Source of the DNA: a virus
Taxonomy: Duplodnaviria > Caudoviricetes
Length of the DNA: 25,729 bases
Direction: 5' to 3' (one strand)
IMG/VR virus record: IMGVR_UViG_3300006115_000064
Coordinates: 1 to 25,729 of that record
Under the pieces are notes generated by a model. That model was not told the origin of the DNA. It saw nothing but the letters and a program-made list of their open reading frames with translations, and did not search any database. Below, one piece after another: positions 8,145 through 16,044 of this stretch. The first letter of the stretch is position 1, and every line of letters starts with the position of its first letter. The translations under genes and the position numbers were made by a program.

Positions 8145-8265
8145 CGGATCTTCCCGGATAGCAGGTGGACTGGATCTTCAGACCCGTGCGGGACTGAAGC
8201 ATCGCCTTCTCATAACCGGTCACCCGGCAATAGCCGTTCCAGAGAGATCGGAGTAAGCGCCTCAT
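8137..8265 (-). CDS. 42-aa microprotein (MRRLLRSLWNGYCRVTGYEKAML...)
   Basis: ATGA overlap with the upstream gene and an 8-nt overlap downstream. Confidence 0.5.
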   Translation of the reverse strand: MRRLLRSLWNGYCRVTGYEKAMLQSRTGLKIQSTCYPGRSDE

Positions 8266-8363
8266 CGGAAAAAACGGCTCATGGCCTCGGCTAAAATCTC
8301 CGCAAACTCCCTCCGCCCAATAAACAGGACGAAGCCAAGAACTCCGAAGAAAAGCGGGATCAT
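8262..8363 (-). CDS. 33-aa hydrophobic microprotein, first gene of the early operon
   Basis: GGGAGG Shine-Dalgarno. MIPLFFGVLGFVLFIGRREFAEILAEAMSRFFR. Confidence 0.5.
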   Translation of the reverse strand: MIPLFFGVLGFVLFIGRREFAEILAEAMSRFFR

Positions 8364-8381
8364 AAAACCCCTCCCGCGCAA

Positions 8382-8577
8382 TTTGCTACTGTGCTACGGT
8401 TTTGGCACCCCCCTGATGCCCCTCCATCCCTGATGCCAACAAGCTCTGTTGGCATCGCCACGGGGAATCGAACCCCGATTATGCGGGCGGTCGATTTCGT
8501 ATGTTTGTTTTTGCGTTTCTCTGTAGGTGTATGCATTTATTTGCGTTTATTTGCGTGTTTTGCTACGGTGTGTACGG
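8382..8577. promoter_or_regulatory. attP arms: candidate integrase arm-type and Xis-binding repeats
   Basis: TTTGCTAC and TGCTACGGT occur on both sides of the core (8382-8400 and ~8559-8569). TTTGCG/TTTATTTGCG repeats lie at 8510-8555, and CCCTGATGCC occurs twice (8411, 8428). Confidence 0.5.
8450..8480 (-). other. attP core: 3' fragment of a tRNA (T-arm, acceptor strand, CCA), most like tRNA-Glu
   Basis: Minus strand AAT-CGGGG-TTCGATT-CCCCG-TGGCGAT-G-CCA. No 5' tRNA half upstream. Lies about 100 bp from the integrase start. Confidence 0.85.
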
Positions 8578-8581
8578 AAAA

Positions 8582-9667
8582 ATGGCGACTATATATCGAC
8601 GTAAGGATTCAAAGTTTTATTGGCTCCGAATTAAACGCGGAGGCCGGTGGAAATGTGAGAAAACCGACTGGCTTATCGGCGACCGCGCCGGTGAGAAAAA
8701 AGCCCGTGCTTTGGCCGCCAAACGCACCCTTGAGGAAATGGCAAAAGGCCGCCAGCTTGCCGGTGATTTTGACGATTGGGTGGAAGCCTGGATGATGGAG
8801 CGATACGGCGCCCTGACGACCGCCACTTACAGCAATTACCAACTCATGTGGGGATGGCTGAGTAGTTGGATGAAAGAAGTCAATATCTCCCACCCGTGCG
8901 ATCTCACCCGCGCTCACCTGAGCCAATACCGGCAATGGCGAGCACCAGAAAACCAAAAGGGACACAATCCAGGCGGCAAAAGCGGCACAAGACGCAAAGG
9001 TGCCAGACTGAATACGGTCATCAAAGAAATACGCTTTTTGGGACTGGTGCTTGGAGAGGCCAAAGCTCGCGAATATTGCACCGACATTGTCACCTTGAAG
9101 CTTGGATGGCGCTCGGAAGAGCGACGCGAATTTGAACCCTGGACGGACGAAGAGGTCACCAAGGCGCTGAAAGCCTCCGAAAACCTTCCCAAAAAAATCC
9201 AATGGATCCGTCCGGCGCTCATTCTCGGAACCTTTCAGGCCAGTCGGGGCGCTCAGACGGCCGTTCCCCTCACCGCCTTCAACTTTGAGACCGGCATGAT
9301 CCATTGGCCACGCCATGTCATGAAAGGAAAGAAACGCGACTGGGTGCAACCCCTTGATCCGCGAGCGGCCGCACTGCTGAAGCCAATCGTGGAGGCTCGA
9401 CGAGCCGCCGGAAAGAAGACCCTTGCCGATATGCCCACCATTCTCAAAAGTCTCGACATGCGGCATTTCCTCGACGGACTTGGCATTCCCAAAGTCCATC
9501 ATGGACTCCGAGCGACTTGGATCACCAAGGCCGCCCTTGCCAATGTCCCCCAGGCGGCGGCGATGGCGTTCGTTCATCATGCCAGTGATTCGGTGCATCG
9601 GATCTATCAGAGGGTCAAACCGTCGCAGTCTGCAGAGTTTCTGAAACAGATTTCCTTCGGGAATTGA
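8582..9667 (+). CDS. int: Tyrosine recombinase (phage integrase)
   Basis: N-terminal arm-binding-like MATIYRRKDSKFYWLR. Catalytic residues R (ASRG), K (MKGK), HGLR, H (VHH) and Y (RIY). Adjacent to attP. Confidence 0.92.
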   Translation: MATIYRRKDSKFYWLRIKRGGRWKCEKTDWLIGDRAGEKKARALAAKRTLEEMAKGRQLAGDFDDWVEAWMMERYGALTTATYSNYQLMWGWLSSWMKEVNISHPCDLTRAHLSQYRQWRAPENQKGHNPGGKSGTRRKGARLNTVIKEIRFLGLVLGEAKAREYCTDIVTLKLGWRSEERREFEPWTDEEVTKALKASENLPKKIQWIRPALILGTFQASRGAQTAVPLTAFNFETGMIHWPRHVMKGKKRDWVQPLDPRAAALLKPIVEARRAAGKKTLADMPTILKSLDMRHFLDGLGIPKVHHGLRATWITKAALANVPQAAAMAFVHHASDSVHRIYQRVKPSQSAEFLKQISFGN

Positions 9668-9869
9668 TCGGTTTGATTTTGGAAGAAGGCGGATAGGCGT
9701 CCGCCATGCGAAAGTCGGGGTTTTTGGCCATCCATTCCATGGCCGCTTTGAGCGTCGTGCGACCACAGGGTACTGGAAATCCTGCCCGGCACATGGCCGA
9801 GACATACCCGTTGGAACGACCGAGACGTTCCGCTAGCTGAGACTTATTGAGCAGTTCGCTGTTGTTCAT
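9615..9869 (-). CDS. Excisionase/AlpA-like HTH protein
   Basis: LLNKSQLAERLGRS...AGFPVP...AAMEWM. Convergent with int and overlaps its 3' end by 53 bp. Confidence 0.7.
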   Translation of the reverse strand: MNNSELLNKSQLAERLGRSNGYVSAMCRAGFPVPCGRTTLKAAMEWMAKNPDFRMADAYPPSSKIKPINSRRKSVSETLQTATV

Positions 9870-9886
9870 TGGTTAATGTGCTTAGT

Positions 9887-9943
9887 TTTGTATAAGGGTT
9901 TTCCTTATTCGTCAACCGATTTTATCAAAAAAGGTGATAAAAT
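9887..9943 (-). promoter_or_regulatory. Putative leftward promoter with two palindromic operators
   Basis: Minus strand TTGACG-N17-TACAAA (9915 to 9887). Inverted repeats ATAAGG-N5-CCTTAT (9892-9908) and ATTTTATCA-N7-TGATAAAAT (9919-9943). Confidence 0.55.
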
Positions 9944-10233
9944 TTGAAAGAGTGTCAAAAGCGGTGGAAATTCCCATTGTGGCAAAGCCTAGAAATCCCA
10001 ACGCAAAACTCTATACCGTCCAAATCCCGCAAGAACTCATCGGTTATTTGAAGGCACGTTCCTCTGAACTTGACCTCTCCATGCCGCAATATGTGGCACG
10101 ACTGATCCGCGAGGACAGCATCCACCAGGGAACACCCAGGGTTGATTATCCCATCCACTATTCGGGACCGGTGATGCAACTCAAAGCAACTGATTCGACG
10201 CGGTTGATCACACCCAAGAAATCAAAGAAATAA
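9934..10233 (+). CDS. Ribbon-helix-helix (Arc/CopG-like) regulator, candidate repressor; true start may be GTG at 9979
   Basis: YTVQIPQELIGYLKARSSELDLSMPQYVARLIRED fits the RHH pattern. Divergent from the xis-like gene. Confidence 0.65.
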   Translation: MIKFERVSKAVEIPIVAKPRNPNAKLYTVQIPQELIGYLKARSSELDLSMPQYVARLIREDSIHQGTPRVDYPIHYSGPVMQLKATDSTRLITPKKSKK

Positions 10234-10277
10234 TTTTTTTGTTTTGAAAAAGTAAACTGTTGTTCCACTACTAGGGG

Positions 10278-10664
10278 GTGATCACGCTATTCCGTAACGG
10301 CCAGAACGAAGGTCCGTTTTCCCTAGATCAGGTGAAGGCACAAATCAAGGGAGGCGTTTTATCACTCAATGATCCGGCATGGATTGATGCATGGAGCGAT
10401 TGGAAAACCGTGGCCGATCTCCCCGGACTCCTTGAAACAACTCCCCCACCCGCCACTTCGGTTCCAGCCGTTCATCAAAAACCAAAAATTGATCGCTCTG
10501 GATCATGGTGTCCGCATTGCGGAAACCGAAACAGCTTTAGAAAAACCGACGGCGTCGGGTGTTTGATCATGGGCATCCTTTTTATTTCCGTGCTTGGGAT
10601 TTTATTCATTCCGTTCCTGCCCAAGTCCTGGCATTGCCGATCCTGCGGCAACGTCTGGAAATAA
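10278..10664 (+). CDS. GYF_2 (DUF4339)-domain membrane protein with LITAF-like zinc ribbon
   Basis: GQNEGPFSLDQV...AW...DWKTV, followed by CPHCG, a hydrophobic stretch and CRSCG. Confidence 0.75.
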   Translation: MITLFRNGQNEGPFSLDQVKAQIKGGVLSLNDPAWIDAWSDWKTVADLPGLLETTPPPATSVPAVHQKPKIDRSGSWCPHCGNRNSFRKTDGVGCLIMGILFISVLGILFIPFLPKSWHCRSCGNVWK

Positions 10665-10667
10665 AAA

Positions 10668-11081
10668 TCAGTTTTTCAAATCGGTTTTCGATAGCGGCTT
10701 TTTCAGGCCAGCAAGGGCTTTTTTGGTCAGATGATCGACGATGTGTGCCAGAAGTTCGTTTTTTTCATTGTTCTCCTCAATGCCGTGGGCATGACGGATG
10801 AATGAAGCGGCGTGGGTCAGCTCATGGACTAAAACGTGGCGGTCGTAATCGTTGTTGCGCCATCGCTTCAAAAAAACCAAAGCTCCTTTTTTTTCGGTAT
10901 AGACGCAGGATCCCAGCGCTCCGTCTTTGTCGGAAAGAAGTTCCACATCCTTGATTTTTTTCTTTTCCAGCCATTTTTCCGCCGCACTTCTGGAATACGG
11001 CCAGAAAATCCAACACCGATCATTGATCAGCGGCACCCTGATATTGAGCACATTCATTCCGGTGACCTTGCGAGAAATCAT
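10668..11081 (-). CDS. Small zinc metallopeptidase-like protein
   Basis: VLVHELTHAA (HExxH) plus downstream NELLA. Start inferred from the ATGA overlap. Confidence 0.7.
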   Translation of the reverse strand: MISRKVTGMNVLNIRVPLINDRCWIFWPYSRSAAEKWLEKKKIKDVELLSDKDGALGSCVYTEKKGALVFLKRWRNNDYDRHVLVHELTHAASFIRHAHGIEENNEKNELLAHIVDHLTKKALAGLKKPLSKTDLKN

Positions 11082-11287
11082 TTTGTCTCCCGATAATGGG
11101 GAACCGGATAAAGACGATCGTGGCGCACCACCATGAATTTCTGTTTTTCCACCAACCCTTCTTTGATGGCCGCGCTTAAAAGATGAAGCGTGTGGGCGGT
11201 GGAACAATTCCACTTTTTTTCCAAATCCTCCCTTGAGAACCAACCCCGGGGAACTTTTTCGGCACGCAGGAGTGACGGTTTTTTCAT
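11078..11287 (-). CDS. Small winged-helix-like protein
   Basis: GWFSREDLEKKWNCS...LLSAAIKEGLVEK...PHY. Confidence 0.6.
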   Translation of the reverse strand: MKKPSLLRAEKVPRGWFSREDLEKKWNCSTAHTLHLLSAAIKEGLVEKQKFMVVRHDRLYPVPHYRETK

Positions 11288-11291
11288 AAAA

Positions 11292-12260
11292 TCATTGGAA
11301 TTTCGATGCCAGCGACCCAAGCAAGGATTTCCCCTCTAGGATTGGAATGTTGAGGTGAAGGAATTCGCCAGAGCGTGCCACAAGTTGCACTGCGTGTCCG
11401 TGGCTCCAAGTCACGGGATTGGTGTTTTGCCACAACGGCTGAAGTTCACAGAGGCAACCCGGATTCCATGCGGCGATCACCCCCGAATGCACCGGCCGAC
11501 CGGTGGAACTTTGCGCCCTGTGCGTGTGCCCAAAAACCAACGGTGCTCCAAATGCCGAAAGCATGACGGCCGTGGCATTGGCGGCGGTTTTGGATCCGTG
11601 CGTGAAATAGCATTTGCCGAGCTTGATCGTGCCCGGAAGTTTCAGGCCGTTGTAAAATTCCGCCTGCCGGTAATAGGGAATGCCGCGACCCTTGAGATCG
11701 AGCAGAAACTCGGGAGCGATGGCTTTCCGCAGGAATTCGGCATCTTTGGAATTGCGAAGCGCCATCGTCACACAAAGGGTTTCAGCTCTTTTTTCGTGAT
11801 TTCCCTCGATGTAATGGATCCGGGAACGCGGTGCCGCAGTCTGCAAAACGTCAAGGAATGCCCGGGTGGCGGCAATATCTTCCTCGTAGGTATAAGCGGT
11901 GTCCGCAACATATCCGAGAACATGGTGCTGGGCGAGCAGGCCGCCGCAATCGACATGATCACCCAAGAGCACCACTTCATGCGGATTCAGTGATTTAATG
12001 TCCCCCAGGCATGCCGCAAGCGCGGCCTTGTCGGCCTTGGATCCGTGGGTGTCGGGAATAATAACCCTGACAAGGTCATCTGCGGATCCTTTGCTGGGCT
12101 TGTGGGGAATGGGAACACGAGCCTTGGGAGTTGCCCTGGCACGCTCCAACGCTGAAGCCAATTTCTCTTTTTGGGTTTCCGAGGCTTTGAGCTGTTCTTT
12201 GAGGCGGCGAATTTCGGCATCCGCCGTGAGCAGTTTTACCTTGGAAGCCAGTTTTTTCAT
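11292..12260 (-). CDS. Calcineurin-like metallophosphoesterase with N-terminal coiled coil
   Basis: DTHG, GDHVD, GNHE, THG and GHTH motifs. Confidence 0.88.
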   Translation of the reverse strand: MKKLASKVKLLTADAEIRRLKEQLKASETQKEKLASALERARATPKARVPIPHKPSKGSADDLVRVIIPDTHGSKADKAALAACLGDIKSLNPHEVVLLGDHVDCGGLLAQHHVLGYVADTAYTYEEDIAATRAFLDVLQTAAPRSRIHYIEGNHEKRAETLCVTMALRNSKDAEFLRKAIAPEFLLDLKGRGIPYYRQAEFYNGLKLPGTIKLGKCYFTHGSKTAANATAVMLSAFGAPLVFGHTHRAQSSTGRPVHSGVIAAWNPGCLCELQPLWQNTNPVTWSHGHAVQLVARSGEFLHLNIPILEGKSLLGSLASKFQ

Positions 12261-12805
12261 TTGATCAGCACATCCAACTGGGCATGAAGCGAAGAAATCT
12301 CTTCGTCGTTGTCCAATGTCAGATCAACGTCAAATTCCTGCCCCTCACTGCGATGTGATGATCCGGTGCCAGAGCCGTTGCGACACATCCTGATGATGGT
12401 GAACCCCGCTTTTTTTAATCCGACCGCCTCATCGGCAAAGCGCAAATCATCCACCACCACCGGGTGTCCGGCCTGCATTTCCACCTTGTGAAGAAGGATT
12501 CTGCGCCAGATGTCCTGGGCAATCAGATCGCGTGCCCATTCCGTGCCAAGTGTTTGCAAAGCGTATCGGGGGCTTTTGCCTGCCAAAAACTCCGTGGGAA
12601 CTTCCTTGAGTTTGCCATCAACCATTTCCACGGCCTCCATGAGACCGGCTCCGGCTTCGATGAGCATGCACCGCATCATCCGTTTCATCGGTGAGGCATA
12701 CGAGAGCCGGTGAAACCTGTGCTTGGAGACAAGGTAATCGGCGGCGGTTGATTTTCCAGAACCGGCCAGACCTGTGAATGCAATGCGGCGGGCGGAAAAA
12801 TTCAT
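12257..12805 (-). CDS. Deoxynucleoside monophosphate kinase
   Basis: GLAGSGKST, SPRYALQTLGTEWAR, VVDDLRF..E and SHRSE. Confidence 0.88.
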   Translation of the reverse strand: MNFSARRIAFTGLAGSGKSTAADYLVSKHRFHRLSYASPMKRMMRCMLIEAGAGLMEAVEMVDGKLKEVPTEFLAGKSPRYALQTLGTEWARDLIAQDIWRRILLHKVEMQAGHPVVVDDLRFADEAVGLKKAGFTIIRMCRNGSGTGSSHRSEGQEFDVDLTLDNDEEISSLHAQLDVLIK

Positions 12806-12812
12806 AAAATCT

Positions 12813-13382
12813 TTATGCAAGAAGAGCCTTGGCGGCATTCAAACGATTTTCCCACCCGGATAAGAATTTTGCCTGAGACGGATTGTCGGCCACGATCGCC
12901 TCATAGTGGCGTTGCATTTTTTGCAAAAAGCCCATGCAGAGTCCGGTTGTGTCTGAAATGCAAAAGGCAGCGGATCGGGTCTGATCGCCTAACTTTGAAT
13001 CGGTCAAGAGCCTTGACCCATAATCATTGCAAGCCATCTGAAGGGCTAAAATGGCCGTGCCCATGCCGACATTGACCCCTTCAAAAAAAACCATCTCCTG
13101 AACCAGAATTGGAAGACCAATCAGGGGCGACCAATAGGCGCTGAAATAGCGTTGAACTATCCAATGAGGATCGGTAGCAAGCGAAATGGAAATGCCATCA
13201 TCATTGATCGTGAGACCCGCAAAAGTTGATCCTCCATGATCGGCTGGGTCATTTTCCCAACGGATCGTCTGATGATCGGCCTCATATTCACACTCCCATT
13301 CCAAGACAAGTGCCAGCGCCTTGCGGAATCCTGCAGGGAAACCACCCACCAACGCGGCGGTCAAAATGTCGCTTTTGGTCAT
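12813..13382 (-). CDS. Endolysin, glycoside hydrolase family 108 with C-terminal peptidoglycan-binding domain
   Basis: E...NDPADHGGSTFAGLT, YW, FFEGVNVG and QAKFLSGWENRL. Confidence 0.82.
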   Translation of the reverse strand: MTKSDILTAALVGGFPAGFRKALALVLEWECEYEADHQTIRWENDPADHGGSTFAGLTINDDGISISLATDPHWIVQRYFSAYWSPLIGLPILVQEMVFFEGVNVGMGTAILALQMACNDYGSRLLTDSKLGDQTRSAAFCISDTTGLCMGFLQKMQRHYEAIVADNPSQAKFLSGWENRLNAAKALLA

Positions 13383-13672
13383 GAAGTTGGCGTTTTCGGG
13401 TTAGCATTATCCGAGCTTTCCCCCCAAATGCGTTGGGCTACCTTGCCAGCACCGGCCGCGACAAAGATGTCACGCAACCCATCGCTAAGATTGCGAGGGA
13501 GGTCATAGACGTGTTCCGGGGTGTGGGCGTGCGTCCAGAGCGAGTAGATCAAAGCCGATAGAAAGGAAATACAGGTGGCGATCCCCACCATGAAAAAGAT
13601 CAGCCGAGACATGGAATCAGCGGTTCCCTCCTGAAGCACCGATCTGAGCCATGATAAAAATCGCTCAATCAT
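13379..13672 (-). CDS. Putative holin
   Basis: 97-aa membrane protein (SMSRL, TM segment, GKVAQ) coupled directly to the endolysin. Confidence 0.6.
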   Translation of the reverse strand: MIERFLSWLRSVLQEGTADSMSRLIFFMVGIATCISFLSALIYSLWTHAHTPEHVYDLPRNLSDGLRDIFVAAGAGKVAQRIWGESSDNANPKTPTS

Positions 13673-14289
13673 TAGATCGGAAGGTGCGGGGTGAAGGCGG
13701 CCAGAAACCGGAGCGCCCACCGGGCAATCGTAAATCCAAGGGCGAACCCACCGACAAACACCCCGCCAAGGGCGACGAGTTGCCACGGCATCTGGATCAC
13801 CTGAAGAGCCGACCGGAATGTGGAAAGCGCCATGCCACCGCAGGCAATCGCAAAAATCCAGACCAGCGCATCACGCTCTTTCTCGGCCTGAACACGGGAA
13901 GCCTTGTCCTTGCCATCCTGATCTTGCCACCAGTCCCGCTGACCGATCACCAGATCATACTGCGCTTCGTACCAGGCGATCTTGCCAGTGGCGGTTTCGA
14001 GCTTGAGGCCAAGGTCGTTGATGGTCGTCTGTAATTGCTGGACTGCATGACGCGACTCCTCCCCAGTGACCAGTTGGGATAGTCGGGAGACCTGAGAAGC
14101 GGCCGATTGTTGGGAAAAGCGCACATCGGAAAGAGCCGCATCCACTTGGGCATGAGGCGAGGAAGAGACCCGAGTCATGACCGGAGAAGAAGCGCAACCG
14201 GTCATCCCCATGCAAATAACGGATGCCAAAATTGCCGAAAAAACGGCAAGAATCCAACCTGCGATCAGTTCTTTCTGAAATGGTGTCAT
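13672..14289 (-). CDS. Lipoprotein with coiled coil and C-terminal TM helices; spanin-like
   Basis: Signal peptide with lipobox-like MTGC, a central coiled coil and two C-terminal hydrophobic helices. Located in the lysis cassette. Confidence 0.55.
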   Translation of the reverse strand: MTPFQKELIAGWILAVFSAILASVICMGMTGCASSPVMTRVSSSPHAQVDAALSDVRFSQQSAASQVSRLSQLVTGEESRHAVQQLQTTINDLGLKLETATGKIAWYEAQYDLVIGQRDWWQDQDGKDKASRVQAEKERDALVWIFAIACGGMALSTFRSALQVIQMPWQLVALGGVFVGGFALGFTIARWALRFLAAFTPHLPI

Positions 14290-14534
14290 CCCTTACGGGA
14301 TGCAGTCAAAACATCAATATGATTACGGATCGAATTTACTTCCTCGGCAAGGTTATCAAGTTTGTTCACTTTTACCCCGGCGATATAAACCGAACCGATC
14401 AGTTGAAGGGCAACAATGGCCATGACGGTGCGGAGTAGGGTCGAGTTGCGATCCGTTGTCCTGGCACGTTCCTCCAAGACCGCTTTGAGCGCCGCGATGT
14501 CCTCTCGTAAAATGGAAACATCGTCGGCGCTCAT
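14286..14534 (-). CDS. Small coiled-coil, single-TM protein (holin/antiholin-like)
   Basis: 82 aa with one TM segment, first gene of the lysis cassette. Confidence 0.55.
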   Translation of the reverse strand: MSADDVSILREDIAALKAVLEERARTTDRNSTLLRTVMAIVALQLIGSVYIAGVKVNKLDNLAEEVNSIRNHIDVLTASRKG

Positions 14535-14548
14535 TACGGGTCAAATAA

Positions 14549-14770
14549 TTACACCCCGGCGGCGGCAATGATCGCCTGAAGGGCGGTCACATTAGCGGCT
14601 CCAAGAGCGGAAGTAATGTCAGCGGCGGTCACTGCAGGAAGGCTTCCCTGGGCAGGAACGCCCTCAGAAAGGGACTTCTTTGCCTGTGTAGCGACGTTGA
14701 CGATCCCTGTGAGGATCTGGTTGGCGACGAGAGCGGCGCGGGTGGCCTCGGTTGGTACAAGTGCTGGCAT
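14549..14770 (-). CDS. Hypothetical Ala-rich protein
   Basis: 73-aa ORF in operon orientation. Confidence 0.65.
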   Translation of the reverse strand: MPALVPTEATRAALVANQILTGIVNVATQAKKSLSEGVPAQGSLPAVTAADITSALGAANVTALQAIIAAAGV

Positions 14771-14888
14771 GGTATTGGTGTCCGGTTTTAGCAGTTGGAC
14801 TCATCTGTATGTCCCTGCTGGAAAGTCGTTGCGTCCGAATAGCGTAGGCTAGGGGATGGCATTGGGTGTTTCATGGCTGGGAAAGTTT

Positions 14889-15695
14889 TTAAGAAGCCGA
14901 AGTGGAGGCCAGTAGGTAATAGGTCGTCCCGTTGATGACGATTTCAACCTTGGAATCAACCGAATTATCCGTAGATGAAGAAACGGAATTGCCTATTGAT
15001 AAAATTCCGCTTGTGTCTATTGTAGCCGCGCCGCTTGCAAAAGATGCGGAGCCGTCGGGTAGTAATGCAATCGGGGTAAGGGTACTATACCAAAATGAAC
15101 CAACGGTAATTGCTCCGGACTGGTTAAGAGATGAGACATTTCCATCCCACCCTCCCCATCCGACTACACCGTAAAAATTAGGCCAAGAATTACCGGTTAT
15201 ATACCCAACGTCGTTGTAAAATTCGGAAACATTGTCTCCCGCAGATACGATATTTGTTCCGTTTACTGTAACAGACGCAAAATCCGCATTATCGCCTTGC
15301 TTGAAATAGCGATTCCCACCGTTATCTGTGATATAAGTGGCTATTATTGAGGGAGCTTGAATAGCCATCGCATACAAATCCCCAGTTATCGTAATGTCGC
15401 CATAAGATCCGCCTGGATTGAATGTAATTCCAGTTAGATCAAGTCCCGCAAAATTGGTACTGGAAACCTGCACCCAACACTCAGGGCGACTATCGGGAGG
15501 GTATCCCGCTGAAAGATTTGCAGAAGTGTAGCAATACCAGAGTCCGCCGTTGTAAAGCACTACGTCCGAGGTGTTATACGATACGCCGTTGTCGTAGGCT
15601 CCTAGATAAAGCCAGTTGGAAGAAGATGAGCTTCCAGAACCCGATGGAGCATCGAGGTCCAGGGAAAAACCTCCGAGATTCAGTAAGAGTGCCAT
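14889..15695 (-). CDS. Putative tail fibre/adhesin with carbohydrate-binding-module-like segment
   Basis: GAYDNGVSYNTSDVVLYNGGLWYC...PPD...W resembles CBM5/12-type repeats. Beta-rich fibre-like repeats, and AT-richer DNA. Confidence 0.6.
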   Translation of the reverse strand: MALLLNLGGFSLDLDAPSGSGSSSSSNWLYLGAYDNGVSYNTSDVVLYNGGLWYCYTSANLSAGYPPDSRPECWVQVSSTNFAGLDLTGITFNPGGSYGDITITGDLYAMAIQAPSIIATYITDNGGNRYFKQGDNADFASVTVNGTNIVSAGDNVSEFYNDVGYITGNSWPNFYGVVGWGGWDGNVSSLNQSGAITVGSFWYSTLTPIALLPDGSASFASGAATIDTSGILSIGNSVSSSTDNSVDSKVEIVINGTTYYLLASTSAS

Positions 15696-15698
15696 AAA

Positions 15699-15902
15699 TT
15701 ACGCCGTCCTCTGAATTCTTCGATTACCGTCTGAAATCGTAACCGTCAGTTGGGCAACTTGGTTTTCAGATTTGTAAAAAGTAATCGTACCACCGGAGGA
15801 AGCGGCTCCCTGCGGTGATTCAACCACCGTGTCGTATTCTGGAAGGTCGAATGGGTTGGAAATCAACAACGAACCTTTGTTGGAAAAAGGGATGGTACTC
15901 AT
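15699..15902 (-). CDS. Small hypothetical virion-associated protein
   Basis: MSTIPFSNKG...ITFYKSENQVAQLTVT, 3 nt from the next gene. Confidence 0.6.
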   Translation of the reverse strand: MSTIPFSNKGSLLISNPFDLPEYDTVVESPQGAASSGGTITFYKSENQVAQLTVTISDGNRRIQRTA

Positions 15903-15916
15903 TGTAAATCGACAAA

Positions 15917-16013
15917 TGTCAAACAAGCCTCTGGGAAGAGGCGCGTAAGACTATTTCGACAGAAATAGCCCGTAGGGCGGCACCGCTTTGTGGGAGCAAA
16001 GTGCCGTCAAAAG
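15917..16013. ncRNA. Structured intergenic element, copy 1 (candidate ncRNA, cis-regulatory RNA or ssDNA structure)
   Basis: Four hairpins whose stems covary with copy 2 at 24771-24866. Confidence 0.7.
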
Positions 16014-16044
16014 GGGGACGATCGGCAACCAACAACAAACTCAC

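Noticed and set aside
8450-8530. Complete tRNA gene
   Set aside because: Only the T-arm, 3' acceptor strand and CCA are present. No D-arm, anticodon arm or 5' acceptor strand upstream.
8609-9805. 398-aa antisense ORF across the integrase
   Set aside because: It is exactly codon-in-register with int, so it stays open when int avoids TCA/TTA/CTA. No recognisable motifs.
14788-14874. 28-aa ORF MKHPMPSPSLRYS...
   Set aside because: No Shine-Dalgarno, coupling or recognisable features.
15917-16013. Structured element as a CsrB/RsmZ-type sRNA or classic REP
   Set aside because: Loops are YGGGA rather than ANGGA, and only two or three occur per copy. No RAYT transposase is present and the architecture is multi-hairpin. 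Kept only as an unassigned structure.
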